Source: Nitrososphaerota archaeon (GTDB taxonomy: Archaea > Thermoproteota > Nitrososphaeria_A > Caldarchaeales > Calditenuaceae). From it: 64,000 bases of DNA. A program made the position numbers and the translations under genes. Below are positions 56,225 through 64,000 of this stretch, piece after piece; positions within the stretch are counted from its first letter, which is position 1, and each line of letters starts with the position of its first letter. The notes under the pieces were generated by a model that was given only the letters and a program-made list of their open reading frames with translations, was not told the DNA's origin and made no database searches. The DNA is taken from contig JAVQSZ010000003.1 of assembly GCA_033581555.1 (NCBI GenBank), positions 10,654 through 74,653 on the forward strand, written 5' to 3'.

Positions 56225-57220
56225 ATGCATCGGGGTCGTGACTTGGAACGGAGGGAGCTGAAGCTCTCGGTGGCGGGCGCCGCGGTCGCGGTAGCAATCC
56301 TCCTCGCGCTGGCGAGGGCCTCGGGCGTCGACCTCACGGACCTCTGCTCGGTCCCTCCGCACCTGCTCGGGTTCTCCGTCGCGGTCGCGGTCCTCAGGCT
56401 GGCTGCCCAGGGCCTCAGGTTCTACCTGGTGGTAAGGGCTGTCGGAAGGGTCGGCGTAGGCCTCAGGGAGGCGATCGTGATGAGGGGGGCGAGCGAGTTC
56501 TTCGCGCTCACGACCGTGCCCTTCGTCGCCGATGAGGTCGCAAGGGCCGCGATGCTCGCGAGGAGGGGCGAGAGGCCCGTGGCCGCGTTCTGGATCGCCG
56601 CCGCGGAGCTCGTCGTCGACGTCGCGGTCTCCGCGCCCCTCGCGGCGGTCGCGGGCCTTTACGCGGCCGCGGTCGGCTCGTGGGCGATCGCTTCGGCGGT
56701 CCTAGCAGTCTCGGTCCTGCAGCTCACGGGCGTCTCGCTGCTCACCTACTATGCGGGCAAGCACGGACAGGGCTCTCCCGGGAGGCTCTCGATCCTGTTG
56801 CCACCGGCCTTCAGGAGGCGGATGGGCGAAGGCGTCTCGGAGATGAGGCGAGTCTTAGGACCACTCGCTGACCCCGGCTTCCTCCCTAAGACCGCGGCCG
56901 TCGCGTTCGCTTCGTTGGCGGTCGCGACTCTCCCCTCCCTCGTCCTCGCGGCCCTACTGGGAGACCTCTCGGCTGAAGGGCTGACCAAAAGCCTCCTCTC
57001 GACGATGGCTGGGAACGCGTTGGGTGTCCTCCCGGTCTCGGTCGGTGGCGCTGGCGTGACGGAAGCGGGCGTCTTCCTCTACGCCTCTGGAGTCTACGGC
57101 GTCGGGGACTGGGAGGTGGTCCTGAGGTGGAGGCTCCTCACCTACTACCTCACGCTCGGGATGACCGGAGCTCTCCTCGCCCTGTACCTCCTCGGCCTGA
57201 GGAGGCTCGGTCGAACCTGA
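56225..57220 (+). CDS. Lysylphosphatidylglycerol-synthase-TM (UPF0104) flippase-like protein
   Basis: Polytopic; LPVSVGGAGVTEAG and WRLLTYY motifs. Confidence 0.8.
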   Translation: MHRGRDLERRELKLSVAGAAVAVAILLALARASGVDLTDLCSVPPHLLGFSVAVAVLRLAAQGLRFYLVVRAVGRVGVGLREAIVMRGASEFFALTTVPFVADEVARAAMLARRGERPVAAFWIAAAELVVDVAVSAPLAAVAGLYAAAVGSWAIASAVLAVSVLQLTGVSLLTYYAGKHGQGSPGRLSILLPPAFRRRMGEGVSEMRRVLGPLADPGFLPKTAAVAFASLAVATLPSLVLAALLGDLSAEGLTKSLLSTMAGNALGVLPVSVGGAGVTEAGVFLYASGVYGVGDWEVVLRWRLLTYYLTLGMTGALLALYLLGLRRLGRT

Positions 57221-58106
57221 CCCTCGAGTAGGACCCTTCGGGAGCGATGTCCCTTACGCTCTCGTTGTGGATCACCTCCGCGAGGACCGCTACGCCGTCG
57301 GCGATCGAGGGGCCATGTCCGCTGAAGTACCGCTTGGCGTCGACCGCGTAGACCTCCCCCTTCGCGTAGGCCGGGAGCCTCCTGAACCACTCGAGCTCTG
57401 AGAGCGTCTCCGCGTCCCTCAGCGATCTCTCGAGGTTGAAGCCGCAGGGACCGACAACAACGACCTCCGGCGCGAATCCCACCAGCTCCTCCGCCGAGAC
57501 CCTCCTCGAAGGCTTCCCCGGCTCACCGAAGTCGATGCCTCCGGCCATCCTCACCATCTCAGGCACCCAGTGGCCGCTGCAGAAGGGCGGGTAGAGCCAC
57601 TCCATGAAGAGCGTCCCCTTGACATCTAGGCCTGAGACGAGCTCCCTCACGAACTCCATCTTCGCCCTGAGGGCCTCGACCAGCTCCCTCCCCTCCCTCT
57701 CCCTTCCGGTCAGCCTGGCGACCTCGAGCATCGCGTCCAGCGCCTCGCTGAGGCTCTTCGGGGATATCGAGACGATCCCCGTCACGCCCTCGACGCTGAC
57801 CTGGGGGGTGGTGACGGCGCAGACGTGGCAGAGGTCTTGGACGAAGATCAGGTCAGGATCCAGCTCCGCGATCGCGTCGTAGTCGACGACGTAGAGGGGC
57901 TTGCCCGATGACAGGTGTTCCCTCACCGCCACGTCGATCTCCCACTGGCTCATACCATCTGTGTCGAGGACCGGACGGACCACTACCCTCCTGTGGTGGT
58001 TCGGGCTCGGGTTAGGGCAGGCGTAAGATATCCCTACGACCTCGTCGTGGAGCCCGAGCGCGTAAAGGGTCTCGGTTACGCTCGGCACCAGCGAGACGAT
58101 CCTCAT
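57150..58106 (-). CDS. BtuF-like cobalamin-binding protein, no signal peptide
   Basis: MRIVSLVPSVTE, QDLCHVCA, EW..P.FCSGHWVPEMV, PCGF. Confidence 0.85.
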   Translation of the reverse strand: MRIVSLVPSVTETLYALGLHDEVVGISYACPNPSPNHHRRVVVRPVLDTDGMSQWEIDVAVREHLSSGKPLYVVDYDAIAELDPDLIFVQDLCHVCAVTTPQVSVEGVTGIVSISPKSLSEALDAMLEVARLTGREREGRELVEALRAKMEFVRELVSGLDVKGTLFMEWLYPPFCSGHWVPEMVRMAGGIDFGEPGKPSRRVSAEELVGFAPEVVVVGPCGFNLERSLRDAETLSELEWFRRLPAYAKGEVYAVDAKRYFSGHGPSIADGVAVLAEVIHNESVRDIAPEGSYSRVRFDRASSGRGGTGRGELRSSRA

Positions 58107-58243
58107 CCGCGACTGTGGCCCTGCAGCGATATTTCACCGATTCGCGTCGACTTAGAGGCGAGGTATCGCGGTCAAAGCCCCGACATTCGCCCGAGCGTCG
58201 CAGGGCAACCCTATTTTAGAAGCCCCTTCACCGATCGGGAGGT

Positions 58244-58669
58244 ATGAGCGGGCTGGACGACTCGGAGCTCGAGAGGATCAAGATGCGGAAGCTGATGGAG
58301 CGGATGAGGACCCAAGCGACCCCGACGGAGCCGAGGGTTCAGGTCATCGACCACCCGGTGGACCTGACCGACGCGGACTTCGACGAGTTCGTCAGGTCGC
58401 ACGAGCTGGTGGTCGTCGACTTCTGGGCCGAGTGGTGCATGCCCTGCAGGTTCATGGCGCCGGTGGTAAAGGAACTCGCGAAGGAGATGGCCGGGAAGGT
58501 GGTTTTCGCGAAGCTCAACGTCGACGAGAACCCGAGGACCGCGGCCAGGTACGGGATAATGAGCATACCGACGTTCTTGGTCTTCAGGAACGGGAGGCCG
58601 GTCGACGCGATAGTCGGGGCGATGCCGAAGCAGAGGTTCAAGGCCCAGATCGAGAGGTACCTGAGTTAG
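58244..58669 (+). CDS. trxA: Thioredoxin with N-terminal helical extension
   Basis: DFWAEWCMPC, NVDEN, SIPT. Confidence 0.94.
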   Translation: MSGLDDSELERIKMRKLMERMRTQATPTEPRVQVIDHPVDLTDADFDEFVRSHELVVVDFWAEWCMPCRFMAPVVKELAKEMAGKVVFAKLNVDENPRTAARYGIMSIPTFLVFRNGRPVDAIVGAMPKQRFKAQIERYLS

Positions 58670-59178
58670 ACCCCCAAGAAGAGGTCCGGTTCGGTGATCC
58701 CTATTGAGTGGAAGACTTCAGCCTCGACCCTGCCCACCGCGCCCGGAGTCCTCGACTTGATTTCCTCGTACCTCCTGTAGAACTCGGCCCTGACCCTCTC
58801 GACCTGGGAGAAGAGCTCCTCGGCGTCCTTGTAGGTCGACCTCATCGTCCTTTGGCGCCTCGCGTTCCCGACGACCTCGACGAAGTAGGCCGTGACGGTA
58901 CCGCCCGACTTCATGTAACCTGCCTTCGTCCCCCTCCCTGACGCCCTCGCGACCGCCTCGACTAGGACCGAGACGAGCTTCGTCTCCCTGCCCGCATCGA
59001 AGGCCAGGTCCAGCGCGAACCCGCACCTCCCGAACCTCGCGTAGATCCTCTTCTCCATCGGGTAGTGCCTCAAGGTCGCGAGCCCCCTCAAAGACGGGTC
59101 GTTCAGCATCCTCACGATCTCTGAGGTTATTCGGTCGACCTTGGCTTGCCTAGCCGGCACGGCATGCCCAAGCTCCAC
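58666..59178 (-). CDS. Conserved hypothetical protein
   Basis: 170-aa ORF with host codon usage; CTTATA upstream. Confidence 0.7.
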   Translation of the reverse strand: MELGHAVPARQAKVDRITSEIVRMLNDPSLRGLATLRHYPMEKRIYARFGRCGFALDLAFDAGRETKLVSVLVEAVARASGRGTKAGYMKSGGTVTAYFVEVVGNARRQRTMRSTYKDAEELFSQVERVRAEFYRRYEEIKSRTPGAVGRVEAEVFHSIGITEPDLFLGV

Positions 59179-59213
59179 GAGGTATAAGAATGTTGATCAG
59201 GATGGACTGGAAA

Positions 59214-60182
59214 CTAAGAGGACCTGGAGAGGGCGTGGAGGCTCGCGAGGACCATCATGAACTGGACCTCCGGGGTGGCTCCCTGGGATATCCTGTAGTC
59301 GACCTCGCCGAGGAGGCTCAGGAGCTTGGCCCTGTCGGTCTCCTTAATGGGGACGTAAAAGGCCTCCGCGTACATCCTGTTGATGATCTCCCTCTCCGAG
59401 ACGCCATCGACATAGAGAGCCTGCCTGAGGATCCGCTTAGCCTCGTCGAGCTTCCCGTCCAACGCGAGCTCCATCATCCTCCTGACCTCCACCGCGCCCG
59501 CGAGCCCCGCGACCCTGTAGACGAGGTCGGCTGTGATGCTCCTCGAGTAGATCGAGGCGGTCTGGAGGACGTTCAGAACCTTCCTGAGGTCGCCCTCGGA
59601 GACGTCGTAAAGGGCTGCGACGGCCCGCTCCTCGACCCTGAGCCCCTCGGCCCCCGCGACCCGCTCGACCATCTGCCTAACCCCCGACTCGTCGATCGGC
59701 CTGAACCTGAAGACCGCGCACCTCGACTGGATCGGCTCGATGATCCTGTTCAGGTAATTGGCCGCGAGCACGAACCTACAGGTCCCTGAGAACTGCTCCA
59801 TCACCCTCCTGAAGGCGTGCTGGGCCTCCGCGGTCAACATGTCCGACTCGTCCAGGAGGAGGACCTTGAACCCCGGCCCAGCCATCGGTATCGTCCTCGC
59901 GAAGGTCTTTACCTTCTCCCTGATCACGTCGATCCCCCTCTCGTCGGAGGCGTTGATCTCGAGGAAGTGGCCGTCCTCTACGTACCTCTCCCCGAAGAGG
60001 TCTCTGGCGAGGGCGTGGGCGGTCGCTGTCTTCCCGACGCCCGGCGGCCCCGCGAAGATCATGTGGGGGACGTTCTTGGTCTCGAGGACGCCCCTCAGCG
60101 CCCTCACTATTTGCTCCTGGTCGATCACCTCGCTCAGCGACTTCGGCCTGTACTTCTCGATCCAGGGAATCCCCTCTGCCAT
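59214..60182 (-). CDS. rfcS: Replication factor C small subunit
   Basis: PWIEKYRP, GPPGVGKT, NASDERG, LDESD, QSRC, GDLR. Confidence 0.96.
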   Translation of the reverse strand: MAEGIPWIEKYRPKSLSEVIDQEQIVRALRGVLETKNVPHMIFAGPPGVGKTATAHALARDLFGERYVEDGHFLEINASDERGIDVIREKVKTFARTIPMAGPGFKVLLLDESDMLTAEAQHAFRRVMEQFSGTCRFVLAANYLNRIIEPIQSRCAVFRFRPIDESGVRQMVERVAGAEGLRVEERAVAALYDVSEGDLRKVLNVLQTASIYSRSITADLVYRVAGLAGAVEVRRMMELALDGKLDEAKRILRQALYVDGVSEREIINRMYAEAFYVPIKETDRAKLLSLLGEVDYRISQGATPEVQFMMVLASLHALSRSS

Positions 60183-60293
60183 CCCGTCCGGCCCCATCGA
60201 CGAACGCAATATTAGTTAAAGCTGGCTCGGCGTCGACCTCGACCCTGCGCAGCGTCTCCGGGAATCCTTTTTACTTCGAGGAGGCATCCGGTA

Positions 60294-60608
60294 TTGGGAA
60301 GGGCCTTGATCCAGGGCATGGAGTGGATAATCGTCCTCGCGGTGATCGCGATCCTCCTCCTCTGGGGGCCCGAGAAGATCCCGAAGATAGCCAGGGCGAT
60401 CGGTCAGGCGAGGAGGGAGTACGAGAGGGCCTCCAGGGAGATAACCGATGAGATAAGGACCGCGGTCTCGGAGGGCCCGACGTCGCCCAGCAGGCCCCAG
60501 CAGCCCGACGTGATCGCGATCGCTAAGTCCTTGGGCATCGAGACCGAGGGCAAGACCCGGGAGCAGATAGCCGACGAGATCGCTACCAAGCTCAAGGAGA
60601 AGAAGTGA
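60294..60608 (+). CDS. tatA: Twin-arginine translocase TatA
   Basis: TM helix, WGPEKIPKIARAIG amphipathic helix. Confidence 0.9.
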   Translation: MGRALIQGMEWIIVLAVIAILLLWGPEKIPKIARAIGQARREYERASREITDEIRTAVSEGPTSPSRPQQPDVIAIAKSLGIETEGKTREQIADEIATKLKEKK

Positions 60609-60865
60609 GGGGGTTGATATCGGTCTTCGAGGCGCTGCTGATCGCCGCGGTCCTGGTCTTCGTCTGGGTCCTCCTGAAGCCCGACGTGATCGTGAAGTGG
60701 GGGAGGACGCTCGGGAGGCTCAGGGCGGAGATGTCTAAGGGGGAGTCGGAGGACGAGGTTTACAGGATCGCCGAGCAGCTCGGCATCCCAACTGAAGGGA
60801 AGTCCAGGGAGGAGCTAATAGAGGCGATAAGGGCTAAGGCGAGGCGGGAGAACGACCGTCCATAA
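60605..60865 (+). CDS. TatA-like paralog
   Basis: TM helix, GRTLGRLR; C-terminal IAEQLGIPTEGKSREEL shared with tatA. Confidence 0.72.
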   Translation: MRGLISVFEALLIAAVLVFVWVLLKPDVIVKWGRTLGRLRAEMSKGESEDEVYRIAEQLGIPTEGKSREELIEAIRAKARRENDRP

Positions 60866-60870
60866 AAAAT
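60863..60870 (-). terminator. Oligo-T terminator candidate for the lysine-rich gene
   Basis: Minus strand reads ATTTTTTA about 30 nt after the stop. Confidence 0.45.
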
Positions 60871-60900
60871 CCGTTCCTTTCCGTTGAACCCCGTATGGGC

Positions 60901-61029
60901 TCAGGTCCCAGCGGTCTGCTGTCCCTGCGCCGGTGGCTTCTCCGGTGGCTTCATAGCCGGCTTCTTCTTAGCAGGGGCCTTCTTTGCTGCCTTCTTCTTC
61001 GTCGTCTTCTTAGCCTTCTTCGCTGGCAT
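60901..61029 (-). CDS. 42-aa Lys/Ala/Pro-rich basic protein, histone-H1-like (not in ORF track)
   Basis: Manual translation MPAKKAKKTTKKKAAKKAPAKKKPAMKPPEKPPAQGQQTAGT; TTTATA upstream, GAGTGA SD-like element, T-tract downstream. Confidence 0.78.
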   Translation of the reverse strand: MPAKKAKKTTKKKAAKKAPAKKKPAMKPPEKPPAQGQQTAGT

Positions 61030-61098
61030 CTTCCATCACTCATCAGATATTGTAATAGGACAGTATAAATATGTTACGTTCAGTGAGGTGAAAATGGA

Positions 61099-61689
61099 AT
61101 GAGGTTCGCAGCGGTGGTCCTGGCGGCTGGGCCGTCGAGCAGGATGGGGGGAAGGCAGAAGCTGGTGGAGGAGGTGGGCGGGAGGAGCGTGGTCAGGAGG
61201 GTGGCGGAGGCGGCCCTGGATTCGCGGTGCAGGCCGGTGGTGGTGGTCCTCGGGAACATGGCCGAGAGGGTGAGGGCGGAGCTACCTGGGGGCGTGGAGG
61301 CGGTCGTGAACCCGGACTGGAGGTCCGGGATGTCCTCGAGCATCAGACGGGGGGTCGAGGCTGTGGCGGGGAGGGCCGGCGGTGCGGTGATCTGTCCTGG
61401 CGACATGCCCTTCATCAGGCCGGAGACCCTGGACAGGCTGGTCGAGGCATGTGGCGAGGGCATCGCCTACTGCACCGTGACCGGGGAGGTCCGGAGCCCC
61501 GCGGCCTTCTCATCGGCGTTCTTCGGGGAGCTGATGGCCCTCGAGGGCGACAGGGGGGCTAAGGAGGTGGTCCTGAGGCATCTGGATCTCGCCAGGCCGG
61601 TGAGGGTCGACCCCGTTGAGCTGCTGGACGTCGACTCGCCGGAGGGGCTGGAGCTCGCCAGGAGCCTGGCGGCGAGGCTGAACCTCTGA
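61099..61689 (+). CDS. mocA: Molybdenum cofactor cytidylyltransferase-like NTP transferase
   Basis: VLAAGPSSRMG, NPDWRSGMSSS, GDMP, GDRGAK, DVDSP. Confidence 0.88.
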   Translation: MRFAAVVLAAGPSSRMGGRQKLVEEVGGRSVVRRVAEAALDSRCRPVVVVLGNMAERVRAELPGGVEAVVNPDWRSGMSSSIRRGVEAVAGRAGGAVICPGDMPFIRPETLDRLVEACGEGIAYCTVTGEVRSPAAFSSAFFGELMALEGDRGAKEVVLRHLDLARPVRVDPVELLDVDSPEGLELARSLAARLNL

Positions 61690-61700
61690 GCGTGCCCCGT

Positions 61701-62588
61701 TCAGGCCCTCCGGACCTCTAGGGCCCACCTCACCTCGGAGGCCCTCCGCCTTATCGCGTGGCCGTCGAGCCTGCCAGGCCCAAGCCTCACCACCCTCTCG
61801 GCAGAGGCGGAGAGCCCCAGCGCCGTTGCCTCGAGGACGTCCCCGGTCTCCATCAGCCCCACAAGGAAGGCCCCTCCGAAGACGTCTCCGGCTCCGGTCG
61901 AGTCCACCGGCCTCACCTCTGCCTTTCCCCTAACGAGGAGCTCGCCGTCAGAGACGCAAACTCCCTCCCTCCCGACGCTCACCGCAACGATCGACCCGGT
62001 CGAGCGGCTCAGGCCCACGGCGGCCTCTGTTGGGCCCTGGTAACCGAACGCCCTCGCCTCCTCCATCGCCAGCCTGAGCACCCTTATTCCCCTGATCTGG
62101 TCGAGGTCGACGGGCTCGACGGAGACCAGCTTCCCTCCCCCTCCGAACCTCCGCATCAACCCCTGCGGGTCCAGGGCAGACCACTTGAACGCCTTCGCCC
62201 CCTCCAGGAGCTCCGGCCCCACCTCCCCTGCGACCGGGCCGAAGTAGACGGCATCGAAGCCCTTCCCGAGCAGCTTGGCAGGGACGTCCGGCGCCCTCGC
62301 CGCCAGCCACATCTCCCTCGAATCGCCGGTGTAGACGATCCTGAAGCGGGTGGTTGCATCGCCCTCGACGACCGCTCCCTCCGTTCTCACCCCGAGGCCA
62401 CTCAGCGCCTCGAGCGCCCAGACGCCATCGGACCCCACTACAGTCACCGCTACCGGTTCGTGGCCCAACGCGGCGATCGAGAGCCCGGCGTACGTAGGTA
62501 CCCCTCCTATCGAGGTGTAGGTGCCCGAGGGCGTCACGACCTCGTCGATGACCAGGTGCCCGACGACCGCCACCCTGAAGCCCCTCAC
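61701..62588 (-). CDS. PfkB family carbohydrate/nucleoside kinase
   Basis: GHLVID, GG..Y, LDPQG, DSTGAGDVFGG. Confidence 0.9.
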   Translation of the reverse strand: MRGFRVAVVGHLVIDEVVTPSGTYTSIGGVPTYAGLSIAALGHEPVAVTVVGSDGVWALEALSGLGVRTEGAVVEGDATTRFRIVYTGDSREMWLAARAPDVPAKLLGKGFDAVYFGPVAGEVGPELLEGAKAFKWSALDPQGLMRRFGGGGKLVSVEPVDLDQIRGIRVLRLAMEEARAFGYQGPTEAAVGLSRSTGSIVAVSVGREGVCVSDGELLVRGKAEVRPVDSTGAGDVFGGAFLVGLMETGDVLEATALGLSASAERVVRLGPGRLDGHAIRRRASEVRWALEVRRA

Positions 62589-62992
62589 GTCAGGTCCCTC
62601 TGGGGGTACTTCACGCCCTTGCAGGGGATCCCGAGCTTCGCGGCCACCCTCCGGACCACCGAGTCGTCGGATAGGAGGACTACCTCGTTCCCCTCCTCGA
62701 GGAGCTGTAGGGCTAGGGCCAGGACCTCCACGTCGGCCCTTGAGGCGCTGAACTTCTCTTCCTTGCTCAATGACCCCCTGACCCTCTCGACGTAGGCCTC
62801 GGAGGGCTGGACGACCGCGAGGGACCCCGACTCCATCAGCGCCCTCACCCTGACCTCCTGGATCTCCCTCTTCGTCCGGAGCAGCTCCTCCATGACCGAT
62901 GGCGTCGTCACCGCGGCCCTGTCTCCGGAGGGCACGGAGGGGCTCACGATCACCGGCGTCGCGTCGAGGACGACGTACCTGCCCCTCCTCAC
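62585..62992 (-). CDS. nob1: Nob1-like PIN endonuclease lacking the zinc ribbon
   Basis: VLDAT, TPSVMEE, SRADVEVLALA, SDD; follows NAD kinase with GTGA overlap. Confidence 0.8.
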   Translation of the reverse strand: MRRGRYVVLDATPVIVSPSVPSGDRAAVTTPSVMEELLRTKREIQEVRVRALMESGSLAVVQPSEAYVERVRGSLSKEEKFSASRADVEVLALALQLLEEGNEVVLLSDDSVVRRVAAKLGIPCKGVKYPQRDLT

Positions 62993-63786
62993 CTGATCGT
63001 CCAACCCAGCCTCTTCCTCAGCCTCCGCTCGAAGAGGGGACCGACTCCAACCCTGACGATGACCGCGTAGTGCGGCGACCTGTAGAACTTCACCGCCCTG
63101 GAGACGTCCCGCCTCACGTAGCCGTCGCAGAGGACGGTAGCCCTCCCTCCCACCACCTCGACCTCGACGGACTTGAGCCCGGAGACCACGACGGGCCTGA
63201 AGTAGGTGATGGGGGCGACAGGGGCGGCGACGAAGCACTCGACCGAGTCGTCCACCGCAGGCCCTCCGCAGGAGAAGCTGTACGCCGTTGACCCGACCGG
63301 CGTCGAGACCACCAGGCCGTCGCTGACTATGCCGTTGAGGGAGAACCCGTCCAGCGAGATCGAGTACTCGATCACCTTCCCGGGCTCGGTAGCGGAGAGG
63401 TAAGCGTCGTTCACGACGTCCGCGACCCGGTCGCCGTCGGCCTCGACCCTCATCCTCATATGCCTCTCGGTGTAGAAGGACCCGCCGATCACCCGCTCGA
63501 GGGCCTCCTGCGCCGACTCAGGCCCCACCTCTGCCAGGTACCCTCCCCTTCCCACAGATATCGGGAGGACGGGGGTCTCTGGGTCCTCGAGGTGGTGGAA
63601 GGCCCTGAGGATGGTGCCGTCGCCGCCTATCGCGACGCCCAGATCCACGTCGAACCTCCTACCCTCCAGGGACTCGACGTCGAGCCTCGTGACGTGGTGC
63701 CCCGCTCCTTCAAGGAGGCCCTCGAGCCTGAGGGAGAGCCTCTCGCTCGCCTCCTTCAACCGCGTGTAGACTAGCAGAACCTCCAC
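62989..63786 (-). CDS. nadK: NAD kinase
   Basis: GGDGT, ND, DGLVVSTPVGSTAYSFSCGG. Confidence 0.93.
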   Translation of the reverse strand: MEVLLVYTRLKEASERLSLRLEGLLEGAGHHVTRLDVESLEGRRFDVDLGVAIGGDGTILRAFHHLEDPETPVLPISVGRGGYLAEVGPESAQEALERVIGGSFYTERHMRMRVEADGDRVADVVNDAYLSATEPGKVIEYSISLDGFSLNGIVSDGLVVSTPVGSTAYSFSCGGPAVDDSVECFVAAPVAPITYFRPVVVSGLKSVEVEVVGGRATVLCDGYVRRDVSRAVKFYRSPHYAVIVRVGVGPLFERRLRKRLGWTIR

Positions 63787-63854
63787 GCAAAACCACCAGC
63801 CCGGCGGTATAATGGTTTTGGTCCGGGGACGTTTAAATCGTGAGCGCAGGTCTA

Positions 63855-64000
63855 GTGTCGGCGTTGTTCAGGGAGATCGTCGAGGCGATGATCGAGTTCT
63901 CGAGGAACCACCTCCTCCACGTGGGGCCCTTCGGACTGGCCCTCCTCTCCTTCATCGAGGCGATCTTCTTCCCCGTTCCGCCCGACGCCCTCCTCGTGAC
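63855..64000 (+). CDS. YqaA/DedA (VTT) membrane protein, N-terminal part
   Basis: Manual translation ...LALLSFIEAIFFPVPPDALLV; TTTAAA upstream. Confidence 0.8.
   Translation, partial: MSALFREIVEAMIEFSRNHLLHVGPFGLALLSFIEAIFFPVPPDALLV

Noticed and set aside
60884-61102. 72-aa Phe-rich plus-strand ORF
   Set aside because: Antisense shadow of the Lys-rich minus-strand gene, which has promoter and terminator support

Overview
GC-rich, densely coding archaeal chromosome segment. The gene content (PriL, Cdc48, proteasome alpha, eS4/eL42/eS27/eS31, Rpo7/Rpo11, Spt4, Csl4, RadA, RFC-S, A-type ATPase B, Nob1) and gene order suggest a TACK-lineage archaeon, by inference Aigarchaeota/Caldarchaeales within Nitrososphaerota. 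It holds about 80 protein genes, mostly housekeeping, and one intron-containing tRNA-Val. I saw no CRISPR array, IS element, integrase or intein. The best candidate for an undescribed system is a 7-gene minus-strand cluster at 17.3-22.9 kb: an SPFH/double-zinc-ribbon protein, three paralogous zinc-ribbon (YdjG-like) proteins, a coiled-coil protein, a 4-TM protein and a PH-like protein. Other points of note are an unannotated 42-aa histone-H1-like lysine-rich gene, a tRNA-Val whose anticodon depends on splice register, a zinc-ribbon/CdvA-like coiled-coil protein, a MaoC pair inserted into the ribosomal protein cluster, probable non-canonical start codons, and several structured intergenic regions. 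All protein calls come from motif recognition by eye, with no database searches.
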